Source of the DNA: an uncultured Methanosarcinaceae archaeon
GTDB taxonomy: Archaea > Halobacteriota > Methanosarcinia > Methanosarcinales > Methanosarcinaceae
Assembly: GCA_963733675.1 (NCBI GenBank)
Contig: CAVTET010000001.1
Location: forward strand, 480,001 to 544,000
Direction of reading: 5' to 3'
Length of the DNA stretch: 64,000 bases
A model generated the notes under the pieces. It was not told the DNA's origin. It did no database searches and saw only the letters and a program-made list of their open reading frames with translations. The translations under genes and the position numbers were made by a program. Of this stretch, positions 11,107 to 21,501 are shown in pieces. Position 1 is the stretch's first letter. Every line of letters begins with the position of its first letter.

Positions 11107-12237
11107 TCATGTCATGAGTTTAAAAGGAATCAGAGTAAAGCATAGAAGCCCAAGGATACACATCACAATTCCAATGAGGATGTGTTTTCTATCTAGTTTT
11201 ACTTCATCATTGAGGGGAGATGGATGACCCATTGCTGCGAAAGTCCATAGAAGTACAGCCCAGAAAATCCATATAAATCCGTTCTCCCTCAGCCAACAAA
11301 TTGCATAGAGCCCTACAAGAAACAGGATACTCGGCATTAGAACAAAAATATTATCTGCCTTTTTGCCCAACATAGCCCTAATCAGATGTCCTCCATCAAG
11401 CTGACCTGCAGGAAGAAGATTTAGACGAGTTATTAACATTCCTACCTAGCCTGCAAAGGCTACAGGATGTAGGTTTCCACCTTTAGCACCTGTAAGGTTT
11501 TGGATAAATACAAAACAAGGGGGCAGGCCTATATTAAACATCAGAAAATCCGATAAATGTTTAGATGAAGGTAATTTAAGATTAAATCCTATTAAAGTAA
11601 CTGCAACAGACAGCAGTAACCCTGTCAATGGTCCTGCAATTCCAATATCAAAAAGGGCTTTCCGACTGGGGAAAGTTCCTTTATAACGAATTACTGCTCC
11701 CATAGTGCCAATAAAAGCTGGGAATGGGATGAAGTAGGGAAGTGAGACCTCCATTCAGTATTACTTGGCCATCACATAATGAGCCATCTCATGGGAACCG
11801 AGAATTGCCATTATTGCAAGAGTAAAAGGTAAACCTTTGAAAAGTTGCAGAGGTTCTTTTAGGGTGTCCACTCCGAACAACCAAGCTCCGCAAACCATGG
11901 TTGTAAAAAAAGTCACTATTAAAAGGACAAGAATTATCCAGATATTTTCCGTTGTTATTTCTTGAGGGGCAACGAGCAGAAAATATTCTCCAAGTTCATA
12001 TTTTAGATTACACTGAAACCCAAAATGGTGGAACTGTGCCCAGAGTTCTCCCTCAATGTTCTCATAATCTATTTTTGGAATTCCATATAAGTAGAGGACT
12101 TCGCCATATTTTTGGATCTCATACACTTCAAATACTCTGATTATGGAAGGATATAAATGTGAAATCGATTTCTCAGCATTTAATTTCTTATCACTATTTT
12201 CATGATTTTTTCTTTCCTGGTTCACTTTGAAGTTCAT
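11107..12237 (-). pseudogene. Site-2 (M50) membrane metalloprotease broken by three in-frame stops
   Basis: Three same-frame fragments carry HEMAH, IAGPL and NLLPAGQLDGGH. Stops are TAA 11761-11763, TGA 11755-11757 and TAG 11446-11448. Confidence 0.88.
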
Positions 12238-12410
12238 GTTTCTGCAGCTTAATGTTTCATTTGCAAGTTTATACATTTTCAATTTAAAATTTCGCGAATT
12301 TTGATAAATCTCAAATTTCAATAAATTGCTTATATAGGCTTTATAATCAACCAGCCAAAAATTGTAGTTTGTATAAATTCTCTTTAATGTATCATTTTCT
12401 ATTTTACGTA

Positions 12411-12845
12411 TTATTTTTTGATCTCATTGACTTCCTGTCCGATAACTTCTATATAGCCCTCGCTTCCATTCACCAAAACAAGGTCTCCATCCTTTAAAAT
12501 TTTGTAAGGATTTTTTTCGAGCATATCAATGAGTGGGATTTCGGAAATAATGGCACCGACCGCTACTATGGGTTCGGTTTCCAGATTTATAATAGCTGCA
12601 GGTGCAACACCATTTTTTTTAAGTTGATACATCACATACGAGCCAACTGTCGAGCCTTTTCCGTAGGGAAAAATAAGAACTTTATTTTTGATTGATTTCC
12701 CTACAATAGCATGATTTTCTTCAGATACAACCCCAGTTTTTGGGTCTACACTGCCAAGGAAGGAAATTGGATCTGTGGAAAGCAGTGCTTCTCCTTTTGC
12801 GCACCCTCTGGAAATTGTCCTGCCTTTCAATTTAATGGGACTCAC
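12411..12845 (-). CDS. Phosphomevalonate dehydratase small subunit (AcnX swivel domain, DUF126)
   Basis: ISFLGSVDPKTG and GKGSTVGSYV; overlaps the DUF521 gene by 4 bp. Confidence 0.9.
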   Translation of the reverse strand: MSPIKLKGRTISRGCAKGEALLSTDPISFLGSVDPKTGVVSEENHAIVGKSIKNKVLIFPYGKGSTVGSYVMYQLKKNGVAPAAIINLETEPIVAVGAIISEIPLIDMLEKNPYKILKDGDLVLVNGSEGYIEVIGQEVNEIKK

Positions 12846-14038
12846 CTGTCTTTTTTCTCAGTCCTGCCGAGTGCCTCATCGATGCAATCTTCCATACGGC
12901 CATATACTGCTTCAGCATTGCACATTCCTGGTATGTAAGAAAATGCTTTTCCTGAATTAACCATAACGCAGGAGTAACTGTTAGTAGCTGGCGAGACCAC
13001 CATGCAAGTATCACAGACAACTTTCGCTCCACTTTTTTCAATTATCCGAATGTGGTAAGGATAGCGTTTTGCAATTTCCCTCGAGGTAAAAATCCATAAC
13101 TCTTTTGAAACTGTTTTTCCAACTAGAAGGTCGGCTACCCTTTTAAGTTCGGCTGCAGAGCAATGTGGACATCCAATAGTGATCAATTCAGGCTCTCTGC
13201 AGTTTTTTCTCCGACTCTCATAAATTTCGTCTAGCTGGTCTCTTTCGATAGTAATTTTTTCATCTGGTTTCTCAAAGTTCAACCTGCAGATCTCAGGAGT
13301 AACCCCATCTACGTGATAAAGGGCAACTGATCCTGAGGCTGCCATTGCAGCTCCAAGAGCTTTTAATTCGTCAGCTTTCGGAACACGTATGAGGTGAAAA
13401 ACTGGCACTTTGTTCTTTATAAGTTTGCCAGCCACGTAGCCAAGTGCTCCATAATCAGATTCCTGTAACGGACATTCTACATCAACTGAGACTTCAGGTA
13501 CGCGATTTTTATCCAGGTGGAACCCGTAATTTGCAGTTTTCCCTATAAGGGCCGCAGAAAGAGCTGAAGGCCCCCCTTCCCTATTTGTCCGAGCTCCAAT
13601 CACAGAATTTACATAAGAGACAGCTGATGACTCACTCCATGCCAGATGATCACCATAACAAACTTCAAAGCCCTCAAGAGTATATGGTGTGCATGTGCAT
13701 TCGCAGTTGATTCCTAACTTTTCATAGGCTTGAACAATTGATTTTTGCTTTTCCGCAAAATCAGGCGAGATCCGGAGTCTTTTCCAATCTTTGAGGTCCA
13801 TTCCCGCAGGATTCAGAATCGTAGGAACCTTAACTCTACTCTGTAGACCTGAAATCCATTCAAGACCTGCATCGCCTATAGTTTTGTAGGAGACGCCTGC
13901 TATCTGGGCACTTTTTATAGGAATAAGCCTTTCGGCACCGTAAATATCTCCAAGGGTCACTAGTATCTCAATGGCCTGCCTTAGAGTATTCCCAGCTTCT
14001 CCATTCAGGATCTGCTCTTCTTCTTGTGTGAGGTACAT
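12842..14038 (-). CDS. Phosphomevalonate dehydratase large subunit (AcnX catalytic domain, DUF521)
   Basis: CTCTPY, WSESSAV, GARTNREGG, IGCPHCS, DTCMVVSP. Confidence 0.9.
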   Translation of the reverse strand: MYLTQEEEQILNGEAGNTLRQAIEILVTLGDIYGAERLIPIKSAQIAGVSYKTIGDAGLEWISGLQSRVKVPTILNPAGMDLKDWKRLRISPDFAEKQKSIVQAYEKLGINCECTCTPYTLEGFEVCYGDHLAWSESSAVSYVNSVIGARTNREGGPSALSAALIGKTANYGFHLDKNRVPEVSVDVECPLQESDYGALGYVAGKLIKNKVPVFHLIRVPKADELKALGAAMAASGSVALYHVDGVTPEICRLNFEKPDEKITIERDQLDEIYESRRKNCREPELITIGCPHCSAAELKRVADLLVGKTVSKELWIFTSREIAKRYPYHIRIIEKSGAKVVCDTCMVVSPATNSYSCVMVNSGKAFSYIPGMCNAEAVYGRMEDCIDEALGRTEKKDR

Positions 14039-14101
14039 GAAAACTCATTCTGTAATTAATAATACTTGACAGACTTCTTCCATCTCGACGGTTTTTTAAT
14101 A

Positions 14102-15400
14102 TTATAGAGGCTCTGATGAGGTGTCTTTTATTTGTTCTTCTGGGATTACTGCTCTTTCAAAATTTTCTTTTTCTTTCAGGACCTTTGTAGCGTCAATTCC
14201 AACCTTTGTGGTGGTTCCGTCAGGAGCTCCCCTTGGATCTAAGGAACTGCCGCGAACATTTGGAATAATAAGGATATCTATATCTCCTTTTACCCGTGTA
14301 GCGATTGCAAAATCAATATCTTTAGGGTCAAAGATATTTATATCATCGTCCACAACCACTAAATGCTTGAGGCTCGTATGGGCGGCAAAAGCTGCCATAA
14401 TAGCGTTTTTCCCGTCTCCTTCGGTCTGTTTTTCTATTTGAATAACTGCATGGAGGTAGCAGCAGCCTCCTTCTGTTAAAACTACATTTCTAACATTTGT
14501 GACTTCTCCTACAGCTCTGTAAATCCTAGGTTCGTAAGGCAAGCCCATCATCAGGTGGTGTTCGGGGCCAGCTGGTAGAATCCCGTGGTAAATCGGGTCT
14601 TTTCTGTGAATAATTCTGGTGATATTTGCTACAGGTTCTTTTCTTACCACGTCGTAGGTTCCGGTAATATCCACAAAGGGCCCTTCATCAATTTTTTCCA
14701 CAGAACTAATATATCCCTCAAGCACAATCTCAGCATGAGGGACCTTTACTCTGTTTGAGCATTCAAAAAGCTCAACAGGTGCTCCTCGCAAGGCGGATGC
14801 ATATTCAAATTCTTTTCCCACAGGAACTCTTGTCGATGTAGCATAAATGATCTTTGGGTCGCACCCAAGCACGATTGCAATAGGTAGATGTTCGCCTCTT
14901 TCGGCGGCTTTTTTATGCAGGAGGTATGTATGTCTTGGGGAAACCAAACGGACTGCAAGTTTATCTTTTCCTACAAGCATAAGACGGTGAATTGAGGCAT
15001 TCATGATGCCCCCGTATTCTGAGACTATAATGCCTGCGGTTATATAAGGTGCCCCGTCTTTTTCAAAATGAGTAAGAATCGGTAGTTTCGTCAGGTCAAC
15101 CTGATTTTCCACAACTTCCAGGGTAGGAGACTCTGATACTAGCTTGACTGTGCCTTCAGGGCACACTTCTGAAAGTTTCTTTATAATTTCTTCTTTTGGA
15201 ACTCCTAACATGGAAGCCAGTTCCTCTCTTGATCCTAGAAGATTCATTATAACCTTTGACCCTGAGATATTATGGAAAAGAACTGGAGCTGGGGTAGTTT
15301 TTGCAATTCTTGAAGCTTCGAATCTTGGAGAAACGGGTTGTTGAATTTCTACCAATTTTCCGCTTTCTTTCAATTGGTTGATAAAAGATCTAAAACTCAT
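14102..15400 (-). CDS. UbiD-family decarboxylase, anhydromevalonate phosphate decarboxylase
   Basis: EGPFVDITGTY, VVVDDDINIFD, GSSLDP, KVGIDAT; adjacent to PMDh-L/S as in the archaeal mevalonate pathway. Confidence 0.88.
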   Translation of the reverse strand: MSFRSFINQLKESGKLVEIQQPVSPRFEASRIAKTTPAPVLFHNISGSKVIMNLLGSREELASMLGVPKEEIIKKLSEVCPEGTVKLVSESPTLEVVENQVDLTKLPILTHFEKDGAPYITAGIIVSEYGGIMNASIHRLMLVGKDKLAVRLVSPRHTYLLHKKAAERGEHLPIAIVLGCDPKIIYATSTRVPVGKEFEYASALRGAPVELFECSNRVKVPHAEIVLEGYISSVEKIDEGPFVDITGTYDVVRKEPVANITRIIHRKDPIYHGILPAGPEHHLMMGLPYEPRIYRAVGEVTNVRNVVLTEGGCCYLHAVIQIEKQTEGDGKNAIMAAFAAHTSLKHLVVVDDDINIFDPKDIDFAIATRVKGDIDILIIPNVRGSSLDPRGAPDGTTTKVGIDATKVLKEKENFERAVIPEEQIKDTSSEPL

Positions 15401-15648
15401 GAATATCTGAATATCAAAAAGCTGTTAGATGATAAAAAGATTATCGGGTCATCAAAAACAAATTTCTTTATGCTACTAACTATCATTTATCAAATAGAAC
15501 AGGATGAAACAGAGATATTATGCCTGTGAATCCAATTTTATCTCAAGGTCATATTTTGTATAAAGTTCTGTTTGAGAATGAGTTATAGTCTATTTTATTT
15601 TTCTTCCTGTCTTATTGATTTTCAGGGGAAACTTAATTTTTTGAAATC

Positions 15649-16716
15649 TTAGCATTCATCAAGCATGAAAGCTCTGGGCCTTATGATCCTTTTCTTCTCA
15701 TACTGGTCGAAACAGTGGGCTATCCAACCTGAGACTCTGCCAATTGCAAAGATTGATGTTGCAAGCTGTGGGGGAATGTCCATATATCTATAGATAACTC
15801 CTGAGTAGAAGTCTACATTTGGATATATTGGCTTCCCTTTTTTCTCCACAATCTCACGGATAACGGTTATTTCAATTGCTTCGGCTGTTTCATACCAATG
15901 CATGTCTCCTTTTGTTTCTGCTAGCTGCTTGGAAAGCTGCTTGAATACAGTACCTCTTGGATCATAAGTTTTGTATACTCTGTGCCCAAAACCCATGATT
16001 TTCTCATTTTTTGAAATTTTTTCGAGGACAATTTTTTCTGCATTTTCTGGGCAGGCGATTTCTTCTATCATATTCATAACTTCTGTCCTTGCCCCTCCAT
16101 GCAAGGGACCTTTGAGGGCACATAGCCCGGAAACAACAACTGAGTACAAATCTGCAAGTGTGGAAGCTGTGACTCTTGATGAGAACGTTGAAGCATTTAG
16201 CTCATGTTCGGCACTGAGAATAAAGTCTTTTTCCATGACCTCAGCTTCTAATTTACTTGGCTTGCTTCCTCTTATCATGTATAGGAAGTTGGCTCCGTGT
16301 GAGAGGGATATATCAGGAGGTATAGGTTCCTTTCCATTTGCCACTCTGTAATATGCAGCAATGATGGTTGGAATCTTGGCAATTAATCGTATGGCTTTTC
16401 TCATATTTCCTTCAGGAGTGCTGTCGTATATATCAGGATCGAATTGTGACATGAAAGAAACAATCGTACGCAGAGTTTCTATAGCGTCAATATTGAAATT
16501 ATACATGCTGATAATGTTAATTATTTCCCTGTTGATTTCACGCTCCCCATGCAGATGGGCTGAGTAAACGGCAAGTTCTTGAGCTCCTGGTAGTTCTCCC
16601 TGGATAAGCAGATAGGAAACAGAATCATAGGTCAGCTCAACCAGCTGGTTGATATCTATTTCCCTGTATTTTAGAATGCCCTCCAACCCGTCGATGAAAC
16701 ATATATTTTTACTCAT
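15649..16716 (-). CDS. Citrate synthase (Si-type / methylcitrate synthase family)
   Basis: EHELNASTF, KGPLHGGA, MGFGHRVYKTYDPR, YPNVDFY. Confidence 0.93.
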   Translation of the reverse strand: MSKNICFIDGLEGILKYREIDINQLVELTYDSVSYLLIQGELPGAQELAVYSAHLHGEREINREIINIISMYNFNIDAIETLRTIVSFMSQFDPDIYDSTPEGNMRKAIRLIAKIPTIIAAYYRVANGKEPIPPDISLSHGANFLYMIRGSKPSKLEAEVMEKDFILSAEHELNASTFSSRVTASTLADLYSVVVSGLCALKGPLHGGARTEVMNMIEEIACPENAEKIVLEKISKNEKIMGFGHRVYKTYDPRGTVFKQLSKQLAETKGDMHWYETAEAIEITVIREIVEKKGKPIYPNVDFYSGVIYRYMDIPPQLATSIFAIGRVSGWIAHCFDQYEKKRIIRPRAFMLDEC

Positions 16717-17380
16717 TTTCTACCTCGTGGTTGTGCTTAGAGGATTTTCAAAAAACTTTGAAATATAGGGGATCCTCTGTTTATGCGTGAAAGATTTAAC
16801 ACGAAGGGTCTTTTGGACCCAAAAATAGGGGGATAATACATTTATATTATTGTTGAATAAGTATATTAAATTTGTTGAATTTGTATCACTACATATATAT
16901 AGAATATTCAGATTCATCCTTGATTTTATTCTTTGTGGGACTCCTATCCAAATCTTGCTTGCTAATCCTGTATTTGATTTTATTTTTTTGATTATCATTC
17001 GTAACTATCCATCTTAATAAAAATCAGTCGAATTGTATATATTTTGAAGCAATAGAATCTGCAGGTTAATAACTGATTATAAGCTCAAAAACATAATTAA
17101 TAGCCGACAGCTAAATACAATCAATCAACCAAAATATACTCAGTGAGTATTAGCAAAGTTGGTTATTGTCATTGCTTTGTCAGAGCTGAAAATTACCTGA
17201 TTTTTGATTTTCTGGTTCATTATTCTTTGATTTTAAGGATAAATCGGAATCCTCATATTACTTCATTATTGATATTATTATTAATTTGGTTTGTCAGCAA
17301 GTGCTCTAATTGCTTAAATATCCATGTAATTTACATCCATGTAGTTTTATACTATACCAAATAAAGAGTAACTGGAAAAT

Positions 17381-18037
17381 ATGTTTGATATGAACACATC
17401 TTATCTAGCGAGTGATGGAGAAAGTGAAAGAATTCAGAATATCTTGAGAAGTCCATCAATAGCAATCATTGCTCTCTGCACACTTTCTTTCTTTTTAGAA
17501 CTTATCATAGGATCTTCCTATTTAAGTACTTTTGAATTTGACCCTAGTTCCATTGTGACTAGACCTTGGACACTTGTCACATACATCTTTCTGCATAATG
17601 GTTTAGGGCACCTTTTCTTCAATATGTTCGTTTTATTCTTCTTAGGAACTACAATTGAGAGAATTATTGGGAAAAGGCAGTTTCTTGGTGTTTTTTTTGC
17701 TTCAGGAATTCTATCTGCAATAGGGTACAATTTTTTAAGCCAGCCCATTTTCAATATATCTCCAGGCTCGATGATTGGTGCAAGTGGAGCGATATATGGT
17801 ATCTTTGCAGCTCTTACAATTTTTGAGCCGAATTTAAGGGTTTATGTCTATTTTATTCCAATGAGTCTTAAATATGCCCTCTTGCTTTTTGCTCTTTTTG
17901 ACTTTTATATGGCTAATTCATTGGACATGATAGCTCATACAGCCCATCTTAGTGGACTTTTGGTTGGACTCTATATGGGTTCTCGCATAAAGAAAACTCA
18001 TATAAAATATTCTAAATTCAGGCAAATAGGTAGGTGA
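17381..18037 (+). CDS. Rhomboid family intramembrane serine protease
   Basis: HLFFNM, GASG catalytic Ser, AHTAHLSG catalytic His. Confidence 0.92.
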   Translation: MFDMNTSYLASDGESERIQNILRSPSIAIIALCTLSFFLELIIGSSYLSTFEFDPSSIVTRPWTLVTYIFLHNGLGHLFFNMFVLFFLGTTIERIIGKRQFLGVFFASGILSAIGYNFLSQPIFNISPGSMIGASGAIYGIFAALTIFEPNLRVYVYFIPMSLKYALLLFALFDFYMANSLDMIAHTAHLSGLLVGLYMGSRIKKTHIKYSKFRQIGR

Positions 18038-18456
18038 TTAGTCTGCGTAAGGAGAATCTTCTCCGAAATATATCTTTTTATCCAAAACCTGAGCCGGGAG
18101 TAAAAATTCCTGTACAAGTCCTAAATTTCAGAAGGCTATTTGCAGCGTGGTCACCAGAGCTGAAAAAAACCTTATATTTTGAAAAACTGCCTGAAAATGA
18201 GAACCTAAAAAGGGTGAGGAAAATAATTCTTCTTCAGGTTTTTGACTGGCTTGCTTGCAGAGAAGGGTTAATCGAACTTAAGGATCTTGAATTTGAGCGG
18301 TTTATGGAAGTTTATGAGAAATTTCTGCAAAATTTAGGGGAAATCCAGTATATTAGGCAGAAAAGAGGAAGAAGTGCAGAAAATATTTTTGAACTTGAGG
18401 AATCTCCTTATGTTCTCAGAGAGGTAAAAAAAGGACAATTTTCCGATAAATTATAG
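18034..18456 (+). CDS. Hypothetical protein
   Basis: 140-aa ORF overlapping the rhomboid stop codon (GTGA coupling), with coding-like composition. Confidence 0.7.
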   Translation: MISLRKENLLRNISFYPKPEPGVKIPVQVLNFRRLFAAWSPELKKTLYFEKLPENENLKRVRKIILLQVFDWLACREGLIELKDLEFERFMEVYEKFLQNLGEIQYIRQKRGRSAENIFELEESPYVLREVKKGQFSDKL

Positions 18457-18617
18457 GACTCTATAAAGTAATTCAACAGCTTGAACAAAATTAGATAGAT
18501 AGGGTGCTTTTTTCAGAAATAAATGATTGATTATTTAGAGTATTATTGAGAATATATAAGTTAATGTGCTGTATAGATTTTCTAATAATAAGCCAATAAA
18601 TATCATCCAGTTAGAGT

Positions 18618-19196
18618 ATGAAAAATAGTGGCAAGTTAGATTCCATGGCGATTAAATATAATACTCTTTTTATTAATCAGCATGTTTTTATTGTATGCGA
18701 CTGCATTTACAGTAACCTTTGCCTTGAAATCTGCTGCAAAGTTATATTACCTTACTCCACAGCATAATTTGTGGCTCAGAGCCAACATGAATGATAGCAC
18801 ACAACATTTCAATGTGTATAATACACCTGGATATTCTCCAAACGGGGATACAGTCATGTGGGCATACGATAACTTTAGCTCCGGCCGCTTGAATACATCA
18901 AATTGGGCAGCTTACAAAGAAGGAAGCAATAATTCAACAGTAGATGTCCAAAATGGAAATTTGTTTTTGTCAGGCTCTGGTAACACATCTCTGCGAATGT
19001 TGTGCTGAATGAACTATTCACGAAAGGCATTGAATTGCCAGTCAATGAAACACTAGCCGGGGATGCTCATGACGCGAGTACACATTCTGATGCCCCTTTT
19101 GGTTCCGGAGCACTTGTATGTGGGATCGAAGGAGCTTATCGAAAATTAGCTATAGAATATTTAGATAAATCTCTCAATTTCGTCATATGCGTATAA
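18618..19196 (+). pseudogene. Degraded secreted protein (DUF2341-like)
   Basis: Hydrophobic leader, then SPNGDTVMWAYDNFSSGRLNTSNW, resembling the SNG..F..FDDF....LD..KW pattern; frameshifted and ends at an IS-end-like repeat. Confidence 0.4.
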
Positions 19197-19292
19197 ATTA
19201 TACATAAATGACTAGGGAAACTCGGAGCTTTATAGAAACCCTCATTATAAACAAACAGCAAAAAATTATGGTTAATATAAATGTTCAATTGT

Positions 19293-19530
19293 ATTTATAA
19301 CCCATTTTCACAAATGCACACAAAAATATAATCTATTTTCTAGATATGAAAGTAGATTAAAAATTAATTCAACTTTCAATGAATAATGACTCCAAAATAC
19401 ATCATGCGAAGATTACGGTCAAGAAAGCAGAATAATTGGATGAATGTTTGTATTCCTACACCTTATTCACCTGATCTAGATCCATTTGAATTTATCTGTT
19501 AGAGTGTAAAAGAAAGATTTTTCAAAATAA
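19293..19530 (+). mobile_element. IS630-family remnant
   Basis: Degenerate VFL.PYSPDLDPFEFI..SVK near 19450-19510; the 5' segment is repeated at about 58897-58990. Confidence 0.6.
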
Positions 19531-20244
19531 ATAATTGTACAATTGTGAGACTTCCTACTTTCCTCCTTTGATGTGTTTTCTTGCTCCCTTTTTAATCTGT
19601 AATAGTTAATGAGTCTCATGTATAACTTCAAATACCATGTTCAATGATTTTCCAACCATAGTATAGGTATTTAGCATAAAGATTGATATTTAGCATAAAA
19701 AAGAATATTTTTGGCTTTTAGAACCCTTAAAAGCCTTAATTTGATAGTTTAATATTAATATTCAAAGGAATATTCATACTTGATATAAATTAAAGAAATA
19801 ATTATTATTATCCGAAAATTTTCTGCCACTTGATCTTCATTTTTCCAAATTTTAGTCAAATTTTTGATATTGAGTTTGACAGATTAAAAATATCACAGAA
19901 AAACTGATCTACTAAAACATCTTTTTTCAGCTTTTTAATCGAAAGCTGACAAATTTGCGACAAGTGTTATAACATTTTCGACGGCTAGGAAATAATATGT
20001 GATGAAAAAATAAGAATTCATTCTGAATGAAATTTATACTGTAAAAATGCAGTAGCTGGATATAAATGAGCTAACTCTACGTTCTTTATGATTCAGTTAT
20101 TAACCATATATATTTATACTTAGATAAGATCATTTGGCTTATTTATCATTTTAACATCTTATTTTTAGGATATTATTATATATCTCAATTGTTTCTATAG
20201 ATTATGCCAAATTGATTAGAATATTTAAAGGGGGATTATTTATT

Positions 20245-21240
20245 ATGAAGGATAAACGAAAAGTTCAGTTTACTGGAAACTCTACATATATTGTGTCTCT
20301 CCCCATAAAATGGGTGAGAGAAATAGGTCTTGAAGCCGGAGACACGCTTACTCTTGCCTCCATGCCTAATAAATCCCTGCTGGTATCTTACAGTAAAACT
20401 TCAAGGGATTACCACAAGTCTACGATTGAATATATTCACTCAGATAGTGCGGAAAACAACCTCCGGATTCTTATATCTCATTATCTTGCAGGTTATGATT
20501 CTATTAGGTTGACCACCAAAAAAGGTTTTAATGCTTATGACCGCAAGTTTATCAAGGATGCTGTGCGTCAGAAATTGATAGGTCTTGAACTTGTAGAAGA
20601 GTCCAGAAATGAACTGGTTTTCCAATGCTTGCTCAATTACAATGACCTTCCTCTTAACCGAGTAATCAAAAACATGCATGGCCTTGTAATCTCCATGCTC
20701 GAAGATTCTATGACCGCCCTTCAGGGCCATAATTTGGAAATTGCCGAAGATGTAATCCAGAGAGATGACGATGTGGATCGCTTTTATCTTCTTGCTGTCC
20801 GCCAACTCAAAGCTGCAATTGAAGATATTGAACTCTCTGAAAACATCGGAATCCAGCATCCACGAGATTGTCTGGGATACAGGCTTATTACAAAGTGTAT
20901 TGAGCGTATAGGAGATCATGCTGTCAAGATCGCTAAAAACATCCTAAAAATGGGTGCAGGAAGAAATGCTAATGATCCTATCTTTAAAATGGCTGAACTC
21001 TCACGAAAGGTTTTCGAAAGCTCAATAAACTCATTGACAGAAGAAGATCTTCAGATTATCAACAGAATCGTTGTGGAAGCAAAAAATATTTCTCAACTAG
21101 GAGTTTCCCTGGAGGCACAGGAATGTGAAAGTCCGGATTATGTTGAAATTAGCATGATCCTGGAGAGCCTCCGTAGGGTAGCCGAATATAGTGCTGATAT
21201 CGCAGAAGTTTCAATCAATATAAATGTAAAAAAGATATGA
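20245..21240 (+). CDS. Phosphate uptake regulator (AbrB-like N-terminus plus two PhoU domains)
   Basis: RKVQFTGNSTYIVSLPIKW; DDDVDRFYLL; IERIGDHA; LRRVAEYSADIAE. Confidence 0.92.
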   Translation: MKDKRKVQFTGNSTYIVSLPIKWVREIGLEAGDTLTLASMPNKSLLVSYSKTSRDYHKSTIEYIHSDSAENNLRILISHYLAGYDSIRLTTKKGFNAYDRKFIKDAVRQKLIGLELVEESRNELVFQCLLNYNDLPLNRVIKNMHGLVISMLEDSMTALQGHNLEIAEDVIQRDDDVDRFYLLAVRQLKAAIEDIELSENIGIQHPRDCLGYRLITKCIERIGDHAVKIAKNILKMGAGRNANDPIFKMAELSRKVFESSINSLTEEDLQIINRIVVEAKNISQLGVSLEAQECESPDYVEISMILESLRRVAEYSADIAEVSININVKKI

Positions 21241-21501
21241 GCCTCAAATGTTTTATCCTGAGATAAGTTCTCATTAAATATATCAGGTTGAATTCATTTT
21301 CTGTTGCGAATCGCAATTCTAGAAAGAGCAGGTGAATCATCGTTCACAAAAAGAACGACGAAAATACCTCACTATAGCTGAGATCCTTGAATCTCAGCTC
21401 ACCAAGATCAACGGCTCTTGAAGAATACCATGATGCCTATACTGAACCTCTTATTGGCTCGAATCTTGGCCGACCAAAAGAACCTTTTGATGATGATGAA
21501 A

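Noticed and set aside
11446-11448. Pyrrolysine readthrough restoring the M50 protease
   Set aside because: Upstream in-frame TAA and TGA already truncate the protein, and the TAG replaces a conserved Trp.
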